From an uncultured Gammaproteobacteria bacterium (GTDB taxonomy: Bacteria; Patescibacteriota; Patescibacteriia; UBA1558; GWA2-36-10): a stretch of 52,093 nt of DNA. A model generated the notes under the pieces. It did no database searches. It saw nothing but the letters and a program-made list of their open reading frames with translations, and was not told the DNA's origin. The stretch spans positions 1 to 52,093 of the forward strand of contig CAZRZA010000004.1 of NCBI GenBank assembly GCA_964604515.1, given 5' to 3'. A program made the translations under genes and the position numbers. Shown one piece after another: positions 11,675 to 22,600 of the stretch (its first letter is position 1; every line of letters begins with the position of its first letter).

Positions 11675-12228
11675 TAATTATATTTATTAGCTGCTGAATT
11701 ATAATCTTTATTTAGTATTTCTTCTAAAGCTAAATGGCTAGTATCTAATACTTCAGAAAGTTTATTCTTTTCTTCTTTATTAAATTTATGAAGAACAAAA
11801 GATTCAGCTTTACCTTTTTGAGGTCCAACACCTAATCTTATTCTAATAAATTCTTTAGATTTTAAATATTTTATAATAGAATCTACACCATTATGTCCCC
11901 CAGCTGATTTAGATTTAGATATTCTTAATTTATTAAAAGGAAGATCTAAATCATCATAAATTACTATAATCTTATTAGTAGGTAATTTATAATATTTCTT
12001 TAATAAAGAAACAGCATAACCAGAATTATTCATATAAGTTTGTGGTTTAGCTAATATTATTTTTTCTTTATTATATTTATAATCAGTAATTAAACTATTA
12101 CTAGCTTTATTATTCTGCCAAGTAAGATTATTCTTTTTTGCTAAAGAGTCTAAACAAAGAAAACCAAAGTTATGACGAGTATACTTATGTTCTTTTTCGG
12201 GATTTCCTAAACCAATTATTAATTTCAT
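11674..12228 (-). CDS. pth: Peptidyl-tRNA hydrolase
   Basis: LIIGLGNP, TRHNFG, KPQTYMNNSG, AGGHNG. Confidence 0.97.
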   Translation of the reverse strand: MKLIIGLGNPEKEHKYTRHNFGFLCLDSLAKKNNLTWQNNKASNSLITDYKYNKEKIILAKPQTYMNNSGYAVSLLKKYYKLPTNKIIVIYDDLDLPFNKLRISKSKSAGGHNGVDSIIKYLKSKEFIRIRLGVGPQKGKAESFVLHKFNKEEKNKLSEVLDTSHLALEEILNKDYNSAANKYN

Positions 12229-12229
12229 A

Positions 12230-13582
12230 TTATAAGTTTGTTTTTAATTTTTCTATATATAATTTTAAAGGTGTTCCTTGAAAATTAAATTTATATCTTA
12301 AATTATTTTCAATAAATTTTAAATAAGAAGCTTGCATAATAGCTTTATAATTTGTTTTAACAGCAAAGGTAGGGGGATTTATATCTACCTGCTTTATACT
12401 ATAAATATAAGGATGTTTAGTTCCTTTTCCTCTACTAGGCTTATGTTTTTTAACTACACTTTTTAATAATTTATCTAAAGCATTTTCAGTAATGGTTCTA
12501 TTTTGTTCTTTATTAACAGAAATAATAGTTTCTAATACCTTACTTATTCTATGTTTTTCTGTAGCTGAAATAAATAAGAGAGGAGCCCAGTTAAGGAAAG
12601 GAAAGAATCTTTTATAATATTTTATATATTCTTGAGCAGTATTAGTATCTTTGTCAGGTATTAAATCCCATTTATTAGCTAAAAGTATTAAGCCCTTACC
12701 TTTACTTATAATAATATCTAATAAATGTTTATCTTGAAAAGTAAGTTTTTTAGAAATATCATTCATAAACAATACTATATCTACTTTTTCTATACTTTTT
12801 AAACTTTGTTCAACACTTTGTTTTTCAAAAGCATCAACACTTTTTCTACTCTTTTTCCTTAAACCAGCTGTATCAATAAATAATATTCTTTGTTTATTAT
12901 AAGTTATTTCTATATCTTGAGAATCTCTAGTAGTATGAGCCTGAGAAGACACTACTACTCTTTCTTCACCGACTAAAGAATTGATTAGAGAAGATTTACC
13001 AACATTAGGTTTACCAATAATAGCTACTTTAACTATTTTATTATCCTCGACTTCTTTTTTTCTTTTATTTGGTTTTTTTAAACTATTTAATATTTTAACC
13101 ACTTCATCTAATAAGTCACCTGTACCAGAACCACTATGAGCTGAAATAGGAAGAGGGTTGCCTATATTTAATTTATAGAACTCAGCTATGGAGTCTCTTA
13201 ATTTTTTATTATCAGATTTATTAGCCACTAATATTATGGGTTTATTTGTTTTTTGTAATAATTTAGTTATTTCTTTATCAGTGGGCATAATACCTGTTTT
13301 ACTATCTACAATAAATAGTATTAAGTCTGCCTCTAAAATAGCTTTATTAACTTGTTCTTTAATAGCTTTATTCATTTCTTTTTGAGAATCTTCTAAACCA
13401 CCAGTATCAATAAGGTTAAAGTCTAGTTTTTTCCAAGAACAAACAGCATAATTTCTGTCTCTAGTAGTACCTGAAACAGGAGAGATAATTGCTTTTTTTT
13501 CAGAAATTAATCTATTAAAAAGAGTAGACTTACCAACATTAACTCTTCCGATAATAGCTACTTTGTATAAATTTGTGGCCAT
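12230..13582 (-). CDS. der: Ribosome biogenesis GTPase Der/EngA
   Basis: Two tandem G domains (GRVNVGKSTL, GKPNVGKSSL) plus KH-like C-terminus. Confidence 0.97.
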   Translation of the reverse strand: MATNLYKVAIIGRVNVGKSTLFNRLISEKKAIISPVSGTTRDRNYAVCSWKKLDFNLIDTGGLEDSQKEMNKAIKEQVNKAILEADLILFIVDSKTGIMPTDKEITKLLQKTNKPIILVANKSDNKKLRDSIAEFYKLNIGNPLPISAHSGSGTGDLLDEVVKILNSLKKPNKRKKEVEDNKIVKVAIIGKPNVGKSSLINSLVGEERVVVSSQAHTTRDSQDIEITYNKQRILFIDTAGLRKKSRKSVDAFEKQSVEQSLKSIEKVDIVLFMNDISKKLTFQDKHLLDIIISKGKGLILLANKWDLIPDKDTNTAQEYIKYYKRFFPFLNWAPLLFISATEKHRISKVLETIISVNKEQNRTITENALDKLLKSVVKKHKPSRGKGTKHPYIYSIKQVDINPPTFAVKTNYKAIMQASYLKFIENNLRYKFNFQGTPLKLYIEKLKTNL

Positions 13583-13587
13583 AATTA

Positions 13588-15099
13588 TTATTCTACTATT
13601 TCTTCTTCCTCTTCTTCTAATAATTCTATATCTATAGTTTTTACTATTTCAATAGTTTCATCTAAAGATTGATCTTTTCCTAATATTATTAAAAAATCTA
13701 ATTCCTCTAAAGACCCTTTTTCATTTCTGATATCCCAAGCAGAAGTAATTTTATAATTAGAATATTCTAAGGGTATATTCTTTTGGGACTTACTTTCAAA
13801 TATATTCTCTAAAGATTCTTCTGTATTAGGATTATCTTTATTATAACTATAAATACTAGTAATTAATTTATCTTGAGCTTCAGAATTACCATATCTAATT
13901 ACATTATAGTTCATTTGGCTTAAATGGTTAAATGCTTTTAAAGCTAAACCAGGTATTTCAGTACCATTTTGAATTACTATTTTACTATTTTCTTCATTTA
14001 TTTGTTTAAAATCAAAGATATTTTTTACTAAGATTATTATTTGTTCATAATTACCAGTTACTGGTTGTAGTATATATGCTCCGTCTTCAGCAAAACCAGC
14101 TTTTAAATAATTACCTGGTCTATCATCTATTGATTTAAAGATAATATCAGCAGAGCTTAACCCCTTGCTCATATGTATTAATTTAACAGCTTCCCAAGGT
14201 TCTAAATCTGTGGTGGTATATTTATTAAATAAAGAGAAAAGATTAGTAATCTTTTTAGGGTTTAAAAGAGTATTAAAAGAAGTTAATTTATCTTTAGCTG
14301 CTAAAAGTATTTTTTGTTGTCTTTTAATTCTAGAAAAGTCTGATCCTTCACCATTATTACCATGTCTTGATCTAGCATACCTCAAAGCTGTTAAACCATC
14401 CATTTTTTGTTTTCCTTTAATAAAACTTACTTCTTGATACTTATAATCTGCAGTTGGGAATTGAGTGTCGGTAAAAGAGTTTTCTATATTTATTTTTAAT
14501 CCTCCAATAGCATCTATTAATTCAGTAAAGCCATTAAAGTCAACAGCTGCAAAATAATGAATAGGCATATTTAGGGTTCGAGAAACAACATCTTTAATCA
14601 ATTCTCCTCCAGTAGTGCTTTCGTCTAATTGGCCAATAGTATAAATATGATTAATTTTACGATAATTATTACTTGTTAAAGGAACTATCATATCTCTTGG
14701 TAAAGAAAAAAGAGCTAATTCTTGGCTAGAGGGTCTGAAGCTAGCTAAGATAATAGTATCTGTTAAATAAGGACCATTATGACCTGTGCCGCCCATGCCT
14801 AAAAGAAGGAAATTTATTCTATCTTCTTTTTCTCCTATTAAGTATTTTTTAGAAGGGGAGACAATATGAGTAATCTGTCTAAGCAAATAACCATTTTTAA
14901 CTCCAGCTAAAAAACCATCATTACCAGCAGAAACTATACTGCTTAATAGAGTAAAAATAATAATAAATAGTATAAAAAAGGAAGACACCTTCTTTCTTTT
15001 GTTACTATTTTTATTTAATTTATTATAAGGTTTTTTTTCTCTTTTATCTAAATTTTCTAAAAAATTAACTTTTCTTTTTTTAAAATCAGAATTATTCAT
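13588..15099 (-). CDS. LytR-CpsA-Psr (LCP) glycopolymer transferase with LytR_C domain
   Basis: N-terminal TM, NFLLLG, TDTIIL, SLPRD, YARSRH, SDFSRIKRQQ, NGTEIPGLA. Confidence 0.92.
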   Translation of the reverse strand: MNNSDFKKRKVNFLENLDKREKKPYNKLNKNSNKRKKVSSFFILFIIIFTLLSSIVSAGNDGFLAGVKNGYLLRQITHIVSPSKKYLIGEKEDRINFLLLGMGGTGHNGPYLTDTIILASFRPSSQELALFSLPRDMIVPLTSNNYRKINHIYTIGQLDESTTGGELIKDVVSRTLNMPIHYFAAVDFNGFTELIDAIGGLKINIENSFTDTQFPTADYKYQEVSFIKGKQKMDGLTALRYARSRHGNNGEGSDFSRIKRQQKILLAAKDKLTSFNTLLNPKKITNLFSLFNKYTTTDLEPWEAVKLIHMSKGLSSADIIFKSIDDRPGNYLKAGFAEDGAYILQPVTGNYEQIIILVKNIFDFKQINEENSKIVIQNGTEIPGLALKAFNHLSQMNYNVIRYGNSEAQDKLITSIYSYNKDNPNTEESLENIFESKSQKNIPLEYSNYKITSAWDIRNEKGSLEELDFLIILGKDQSLDETIEIVKTIDIELLEEEEEEIVE

Positions 15100-15131
15100 T
15101 CAGTACTTAAATAATTTTTAAAGTTAAATAA

Positions 15132-15160
15132 ATTATACTAATAAAAGACCTTAAAGTCAA
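15132..15160 (-). promoter_or_regulatory. Promoter for LCP-der-pth
   Basis: Minus strand TTGACT-17bp-TATAAT. Confidence 0.65.
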
Positions 15161-15171
15161 TATATTAGGTA

Positions 15172-15200
15172 TTGATTTTAATTTAACATTAATATATAAT
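15172..15200 (+). promoter_or_regulatory. Promoter for lepB-hisS
   Basis: TTGATT-17bp-TATAAT, back to back with the minus-strand promoter. Confidence 0.6.
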
Positions 15201-15222
15201 CAAGCTAATAAATATAAAAAAT

Positions 15223-15879
15223 ATGGCAGAAAGTAAAAAAAGCTCCTTATCTGATGATGTTGAAAAGGGTAATAGTGATGATTTAAATAAAGAAGATTTT
15301 AATTTAAATAACTTTTCTGATTCCGAAGATAGTATTATAGGTAGATATGCTAAAAAAATAGGTTTAGTAGTATTTGAAGTAGTTAAAGTAGTGTTAATAT
15401 CCTTAGCTATAATATTACCCGTTAGAATGTATTTGATACAACCATTTTATGTAGAAGGAGCTTCTATGGAACCTAATTTCTATAATAAAGAGTATTTAAT
15501 TATTAATGAAATTACTTATCGTTTTAATGAACCTCAAAGAGGTGAGGTTATTGTTTTTAAATATCCTAAGAATCCTCGTAATTACTATATAAAAAGAATA
15601 ATTGGTTTACCAGGAGAAACTGTAGAAATTAGAGATGGTCAGGTATATATTAATAATGAAATAGTAGCAGAAACATATATAGAATTATTCTCTAGTGATA
15701 ATAGAAGGGCTATTGTTTTGGGGTCTGATGAATACTTTGTATTAGGAGATAATAGAAATAATAGCTCTGATTCTCGTCTTTTTGGGCCATTAAAAGAAAA
15801 ATATATAATTGGCAAGGTTTGGTTTAGGGGATGGCCTTTAAATAGAATGTCTACATTTAATTTACCAGAATATAATTAA
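15223..15879 (+). CDS. lepB: Signal peptidase I
   Basis: GASMEP (Ser), YIKRIIGLPGE (Lys), GDNRNNSSDSR. Confidence 0.96.
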   Translation: MAESKKSSLSDDVEKGNSDDLNKEDFNLNNFSDSEDSIIGRYAKKIGLVVFEVVKVVLISLAIILPVRMYLIQPFYVEGASMEPNFYNKEYLIINEITYRFNEPQRGEVIVFKYPKNPRNYYIKRIIGLPGETVEIRDGQVYINNEIVAETYIELFSSDNRRAIVLGSDEYFVLGDNRNNSSDSRLFGPLKEKYIIGKVWFRGWPLNRMSTFNLPEYN

Positions 15880-15885
15880 AAATAT

Positions 15886-17223
15886 ATGGCCAGAAGAAGT
15901 AAAATAAATTTAGTAAAGGGCATGAAAGATATTCTGCCTGATGAACAAAATTATTGGAATTTAATAAAAGAGAGAGTAGACAAAATAGCCTCTGTTTATG
16001 GTTTTTCTCGTTTAGACACTCCTTTAGTAGAGTATACAGACTTATTCAAAAGAACTGTTGGTGAAGAAACAGATATTATTAATAAAGAAATGTATTCTTT
16101 TACCACCAAAGGTGGTGATAAATTATCTTTAAGACCAGAAAGCACAGCTTCTGTGGTTAGGAGCTACATTGAACATGGTATGCTTAATTTACCTCAGCCT
16201 GTTAAATTATATTATTTTGGGCAACACTTTAGACATGATAGACCTCAAAAAGGTAGATATAGACAGTTTTGGCAATTTGGTTTTGAGGCTTTGGGCGATG
16301 ATGATCCGGTTATAGATGCTCAATTAATAGCTATTTCTTTTCTACTTTTAAAAGAATTAGGCCTAGACATTGAAATTCAGATAAATAGTATTGGTGATGA
16401 AGAGAGTAGAAAGAAGTACCTGAAAGTATTAAAACAGTATTATAATGATAAAAAGAATAAATTATGTACTGATTGTAAGAAAAGGTTAACAAAGAATACA
16501 TTAAGACTATTAGATTGCAAAAGTAGCTCTTGTCAGGAATTAGTAGAAGATGCCCCCCAAATATTAGATCATTTAAATGAAGAGAGCAGGGACCATTTTA
16601 CAGCTGTTTTAGAATATTTAGATGATTTAGAGGTTACTTATAATTTAAATAGTAAAATAGTTAGGGGTTTAGACTATTATAATAAAACAGCTTGGGAAAT
16701 AGTAGAAAAAGGAGATGGTGGTAAATTATTAGCTTTAGGTGGCGGTGGTAGATATGATAATTTAGCTTCTTTATTAGGAGGTAGAGAAACAGCAGCTATT
16801 GGCTTTGCTATTGGTGTAGAGAGAGTAATTTTAAGTTTACACAAGAATAAAATAGAAATACCTAAAATAGATAAACCAGATCTCTATGTAGCTCAATTAG
16901 GGTTAGAAGCTCGTAAAGCAGCTTTAAAACTTTTTGAATATTTAAGAAAAGAAGATTTTAAAGTAATAGAGAATATGTCTAAAAAAGGCTTGAAGGATCA
17001 AATGGATATTGCTAATAGAAAAGGAGTTAAATATACTTTAATTTTAGGACAAAAAGAGATTAATGATAATACTGTTTTAATAAGAGACATGGAAAGCGGA
17101 GTACAAGAAATAGTTGATATTAATAAAGTTAAAAAAGAAATTCAGAAACGATTAGCTAAAAGTATAACTAAAAGTACAATATTAAAAGTAGCTAAAAAGA
17201 AGGTAATTAAAAAGAAAAAATAA
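15886..17223 (+). CDS. hisS: Histidine-tRNA ligase
   Basis: LRPESTA, RPQKGRYRQF, VRGLDYY, GGGRYD. Confidence 0.98.
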   Translation: MARRSKINLVKGMKDILPDEQNYWNLIKERVDKIASVYGFSRLDTPLVEYTDLFKRTVGEETDIINKEMYSFTTKGGDKLSLRPESTASVVRSYIEHGMLNLPQPVKLYYFGQHFRHDRPQKGRYRQFWQFGFEALGDDDPVIDAQLIAISFLLLKELGLDIEIQINSIGDEESRKKYLKVLKQYYNDKKNKLCTDCKKRLTKNTLRLLDCKSSSCQELVEDAPQILDHLNEESRDHFTAVLEYLDDLEVTYNLNSKIVRGLDYYNKTAWEIVEKGDGGKLLALGGGGRYDNLASLLGGRETAAIGFAIGVERVILSLHKNKIEIPKIDKPDLYVAQLGLEARKAALKLFEYLRKEDFKVIENMSKKGLKDQMDIANRKGVKYTLILGQKEINDNTVLIRDMESGVQEIVDINKVKKEIQKRLAKSITKSTILKVAKKKVIKKKK

Positions 17224-17233
17224 AGATATTACT

Positions 17234-17271
17234 AAAAGTCAACCTAAATATAGTAGGTTGACTTTTGTTTT
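17234..17271 (+). terminator. Intrinsic terminator after hisS, overlapping -35 of the rpsU promoter
   Basis: AAAAGTCAACCTA-loop-TAGGTTGACTTTT; TTGACT(17258)-17bp-CATTAT. Confidence 0.75.
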
Positions 17272-17340
17272 AAAAACTGTCATTATTATATTAAGAATAA
17301 TGCTAAAATAGTGTTATTATTATAATTAATATTTAAGAAA

Positions 17341-17348
17341 GAGAGGTG
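17341..17348 (+). promoter_or_regulatory. Shine-Dalgarno sequence of rpsU
   Basis: GAGAGGTG 8 nt before GTG start. Confidence 0.75.
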
Positions 17349-17356
17349 CCTGTTTT

Positions 17357-17596
17357 GTGTCAGAAGTTAAAAGAAAAGATAATGAATCATTTGAGAGTTT
17401 AATTCGTAGATTTACTAAAAAAACATTACAAAGTGGTAAATTATTACAAGCGAGAAAGATTAGATTTTTTAAGAAAAAGAGTAATGTTAAAAAAGCAAAA
17501 TCTAAAGCTTTACGATCTCTAGGAATAGAAAAAAATATAGATTATCTTAAAAAGATTGGTAAATGGGAAGAATATCCTAAAAAGAGAAAAAGATAA
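17357..17596 (+). CDS. rpsU: 30S ribosomal protein bS21
   Basis: EVKRKDNESFESLIRRF pattern; upstream of yqeY as in many bacteria. Confidence 0.9.
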   Translation: MSEVKRKDNESFESLIRRFTKKTLQSGKLLQARKIRFFKKKSNVKKAKSKALRSLGIEKNIDYLKKIGKWEEYPKKRKR

Positions 17597-17645
17597 GAAT
17601 TTATACTCTGTTTATCAGTTTGGTAAACAGGAATAAGAGTTTATC

Positions 17646-18074
17646 ATGAATTTAAAAGAAAGATTAGATCAAGACTTAAAAGATTCTTTAAAGAGTAAAG
17701 ACAGTGTTAAAACAACAACTTTACGTCTTTTAAAGAGTAATATTAAGAATAAAGAAATAGATTTAAAGGAAGAGTTAAAAGAAGAAGAAATAATTAAAGT
17801 ATTAAGACAAGAATTAAAGAAAAGATCAGAGTCTATTAAGGCCTATCAAGAAGCAGGTCGAGATGAATTAAGAATTCAGGAAGAAAAAGAATATAAAATT
17901 ATTAATGAATATTTACCAGAATTAATGTCCGAAGATGATATTATTAAAATAGTTGAAGAAATAATAGCTACTGGTTTAGATAATTTTGGTCAAATAATGA
18001 AAGAAGTAATGATTAAGACTAAAGGCCAAGCTGACGGTGCTTTAGTACAAAAAATAGTAAAAGATAAAATTTAA
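17646..18074 (+). CDS. yqeY: GatB/YqeY domain protein
   Basis: LRLLKSNIKN, KKRSESI..Y..AGR, YLP, FGQIMK, GQADG. Confidence 0.92.
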   Translation: MNLKERLDQDLKDSLKSKDSVKTTTLRLLKSNIKNKEIDLKEELKEEEIIKVLRQELKKRSESIKAYQEAGRDELRIQEEKEYKIINEYLPELMSEDDIIKIVEEIIATGLDNFGQIMKEVMIKTKGQADGALVQKIVKDKI

Positions 18075-18082
18075 AGAAAAAA

Positions 18083-19645
18083 ATGAAATCCATGCTTATC
18101 AAAAAGAAAACAATTGTTATGTTTGTAGTTTTTTTAACAATTGTTTTTTTATTACCTCAAATAGGTTTTGCTCAAAATGAATTTGGTTTAGAAGATGTAG
18201 ACACTGCTTTGGGTGGCAATGATTTAACAGATATAATAGCTAATATTATTAATATCTTCTTAGGTCTTTTGGGTATTATAGCTACTATAATTATGCTTTA
18301 TGGTGGTTATTTATGGATGACTGCTCAGGGCGATGGTGATCAGGTTATTAAAGCTAAACAAATTATTATTAATGGTATTATTGGTTTAATAATAATAATG
18401 TTATCCTATGCTATTGTTTCTTTTGTTTTTAGTGCTTTAGTTGACGCTACCGATAATAATGGTGGATCTGGAAGTGGTAATGGTGGTGGCTCATATAGTG
18501 GTGGGGGCTTAGGAGCTGGTATTTTAGAAAGTCATTATCCTGTTCGTGATGCAACAGATATTGTTATGAATACAAATATATTTATTACCTTTAAAGAAGC
18601 TTTAAATATAGAAGATTTTATTATAACTGATTGTAATCATTTAGATTCTGAATATACAGAATGTATTGATAATGAATATATTATTTTAATGTCAGGAGAA
18701 GATAATCAATTAGAAGCAGGTGACTTAATGGTTAAGTATGATAGTGAACAAAAAGTTTTTGAATTTAATCCTTATGGTAATAGTAATACTTATTTAGATT
18801 CTGATGGAAACACAGAATATACTATGGTTTTAAATAATTTAGAAACAGTTAATGGTAACAGTGTTTTCTTTGCCGGAGCATATGCTTGGGACTTTGTAGT
18901 TTCTAATGATATTGATACTACGCCCCCTGAAATTTCTTCTATTATACCAATTAATGAATCTTCTGCTAATGCTAGAAATAGTATAGTACAAATAAACTTT
19001 AGCGAAGCTATTAATCCTAATACAGCAGCGGGCATTCAAGATGCTAATAATAATTTTACCAATATTATACTTAGTGATGGTAGTCCTATTAGTGGTCAAT
19101 ATTTAATATCTAATCAATATCAAACAGTAGAGTTTAATACTTTTGCTGCTTGCGGAGAGAATTCTTGCGGAGGAATAGTATATTGTTTACCAGGAGACAG
19201 TAATATAAACGGTATTGTTTCTGTAAATATTACAGATATGGCTGGTAATTCTTTAATAGAAGAGTATCTCTGGTCTTTTACAACAAGTAATGAAGTAGAT
19301 TTAGAAGAACCTAAGATAATCTCTAGAAGTCAGGGCGGTGATATTAGTTTAGAAAATCCATTAAAAGTAGTATTTGATAAAAGCTTATCTACCGCTTCTC
19401 TAAATTCAGATAACATTTCTTTATATATGACTGAATCAGGGGATTGGAATTATTGGTTAAATACAGATACTTGTGATGCTAGTATTAGTAATTGTAATTT
19501 AAATTGTACTGAGGGTGTAATTTGTAATAATACTATAAATATAAATCATGATAAATTTTTACCAGCAACTAATTATATTCCAGAATTAGATTCTGGAATT
19601 AAAGATTTAATGCAAAACTGTTGGTATCCTTGTGATTTAAATTAA
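18083..19645 (+). CDS. VirB2/TrbC-like pilin fused to Ig-like (Big_5) domains
   Basis: Signal peptide (GFA-Q), two-TM pilin YGGYLWMTAQG...KAK..I..GIIGLII, Gly linker, three Big_5-like repeats (NIFITF, IVQINFSE, LKVVFDK). Confidence 0.75.
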   Translation: MKSMLIKKKTIVMFVVFLTIVFLLPQIGFAQNEFGLEDVDTALGGNDLTDIIANIINIFLGLLGIIATIIMLYGGYLWMTAQGDGDQVIKAKQIIINGIIGLIIIMLSYAIVSFVFSALVDATDNNGGSGSGNGGGSYSGGGLGAGILESHYPVRDATDIVMNTNIFITFKEALNIEDFIITDCNHLDSEYTECIDNEYIILMSGEDNQLEAGDLMVKYDSEQKVFEFNPYGNSNTYLDSDGNTEYTMVLNNLETVNGNSVFFAGAYAWDFVVSNDIDTTPPEISSIIPINESSANARNSIVQINFSEAINPNTAAGIQDANNNFTNIILSDGSPISGQYLISNQYQTVEFNTFAACGENSCGGIVYCLPGDSNINGIVSVNITDMAGNSLIEEYLWSFTTSNEVDLEEPKIISRSQGGDISLENPLKVVFDKSLSTASLNSDNISLYMTESGDWNYWLNTDTCDASISNCNLNCTEGVICNNTININHDKFLPATNYIPELDSGIKDLMQNCWYPCDLN

Positions 19646-19652
19646 ATAAAAA

Positions 19653-22600
19653 ATGTTTAAATATTTTAATACAATCTTAATATCATTACTTTTACCCTGG
19701 CATAGTCTTTTTGCTCAAGAGGATAATTTTGGCTTAGAAGATGTTGATACCGCTTTAGGTAGTAATGAATTAACAGATATAATAGTTAATATTATTAATA
19801 TTTTCTTAGGATTATTAGGTATTCTTGCTGTTTCTTTAATATTATATGGTGGCTTCTTATGGATGACTTCTCAAGGTAATTCAGACCAAGTTACCAAGGC
19901 TAAACAATTAATAATCTCTGCTATTATAGGTTTGGTAATTATCCTTTCATCTTATGCTATAGCTTCTTATATTATTGGTTCTTTAAGTGAAGCAACAGGA
20001 ATAACAGAGTCTGATATTAATACTAGCACAACAGATTCTCCAGGCAGTGGAGACCCTGATGGTGGTTTGGGCTGTCCAGAGCCTCTGGATGAAGATGAAA
20101 TAAAGATTTGTTCTATTTCTCCTAGTAATGGAAGTAGTGGTTCCTATGTAACAATTAGAGGTTGGAATTTTGGAGAAATAGAGGGTAGTGTAACTTTTGA
20201 TAATAATGCTGGTAATACAACTTCAGCTGATTTAGTATCTTGTAATGGTAATGTTCTTTGGACAGATACAGAAATAAAAGTAGTTGTTCCTAATATAAAT
20301 GAAGCTACATATAGTGTTTATGTTAATAATATTGATTATACTTCTTTTGTTGTTTCAGAGGGTGCTAGTGGCCCTAATATTGCTTGTTTAACACCAGACC
20401 TTGGTCCAGGGGGAGAGTCAGTAGTGATAAGTGGGATTGGTTTTGGAGATCAAGGTGGTAATGTTACTATGAATGGTTGGGTGAATAATTTAGAAGAAGA
20501 AATAATATTAAATAGTACTTCTTGGTCTGAAAATGAAATAAGTATAAGTATTAATAATAATGCTTTAAGTAGTGATATTAGTATTAATACCGTAGAAGAG
20601 TTAAGTTCTTCTGGTGAATACTTTACTGTTTCTTGTCAAAGTGGAGAAGAGTGCTCTTCAGGATGTTGTGATAATAACTCTTGTTATTCTATAGATATTT
20701 GTATGGAAAATGATCCAGAGGGTATTTATATTAGTAATATTTATCCTCCTGATGGAGCGGGCGGAAGTTTAGTAACTATAACTGGTTCTGGTTTTGGAGA
20801 GACAGCGGGAATTGTTACATTTTATGATCAAGATTCAGGGGAGCCTGCTAATTTTCCTAGTACTATTAATAATAATTGTAGTGATTATTGGACAAATAAT
20901 ACTATTGTTGTTGAGGTTCCCCCTGATTTAAATAATGAATTATTAGACATTAGAGTTAATATTAATAGTCAAGAAAGTAATTCTGGTTCTTTTGAAAAAA
21001 ATGAAGTAATTAGACCAGGTATTTGTGGTTTAAGTGCTGATTCGGGAGTATTTGAAGACATTATTACTTTTTATGGTCTTAATTTTTCTGAAAATGATCA
21101 GGTTTTATTTGGGGGAGATGACTGGGCTGTTGATATTAATTATACCGATAGTCAAACAGTAACCGCTAGTATTCCTAATATGAGTAGTCAGAATCTAGAT
21201 GTATTTATTTCATCTAATAATATTAATAGTAATTCTTATCCTTTTACTATAGCTAGTACAGAGGGTGGTAAGCCTTTTATCACTAGTATTATTCCTGAAG
21301 ATTTTGCTAATACTTTAGAATATATAACAATTTATGGTGGTAATTTTGGTAATAGTGGTTTAGTTTATGTAATAGATTCTAATGGTACAGAACATCCTTT
21401 CGATATAGATTTAATACCTACACAATGTAATTCTAATTTTTGGCAAGATGATCAGATAATAGTAGCATTTTCTGACCAGGGATCAAAGATTAAAATTGTT
21501 AGAAATGATGATATAGCCAGTGATGAATATAATTATAATATACAAGGAGGATCAGCAGCACCTAGTATAGCTTGCATTATTCCTGATAATGGTCCGGTAA
21601 ATTCTTTAGTAAATATATATGGAAATTCATTTATAGGAGATAGTAGGATTATTTTTACCGATAATGTAGAAGCAGATTTAGGAGCATCTATTATAAATTC
21701 GCAACAAATATTAAATATTCCTGTACCAGAAGATTCAGAAACAGGAAATGTTTACTATACTAATGATATTAATAGTAATGCTCTCTTATTCGAAGTAGGG
21801 TCTTGTTCAGGGGACAGTGATTGTGATAATCAATTATGTTGTTCTGGTGATTTTGGTAATTATTGTGCAGATAGTTGTGAAATTGAGCCAAATCAATGTG
21901 AAGCCTCTTGGACTATAACTAGTGCCTCCGAAGAGTTTTCTTTGGTAGAGAGCTATGAATGTAGCAATAATACACAGTCTCCCGCTCCTTGGCCTCATGG
22001 TTTAGAAGAATATAGTTCAGAAGATGCATATTTAGATACTAATATTAGTATTAGATTTACAAGAGAAATAGAGGTAGATGATTTATTAAATATAGATAAT
22101 TTAAAATTATATAGTTGTGAAGATTATAATTCAAATTGTAATACTTTAATTAATGGTGAATATTTAAGTATAGATAATAATAAAGGAGTTTCTTTTAATC
22201 CCCAAAGTAATTTAAATCCAAGTACTTGGTATCAAGTAGTATTAGGTAGTTTTAATTCTAAGATAGGTAATGATACTTTAGAGTTAAGTAATTATCCTTG
22301 GCATTTTAAAACAGCCGGAGGATTATGTCAGATAGATAGCATATCTTTATCACCAGACTCAAGTCCAAATAGAGATATTTATTTAGGTAATGAAAAAACA
22401 TATACAGCTATACCACAATCTGCTAATTGTAATATTTGTGGCAGTGATTATAATTGGTCTTCAGTGTTACTTGGTAGCGATGATTATATTAGTACCATAG
22501 CTTCTAGTAATAATCCAAGCAATATTTTTTGGACCAAATTAAGAGGAGACATTATAAGTGATCCAGGATATACTTCTTTAGGGGTTAATGTAGAGGATTA

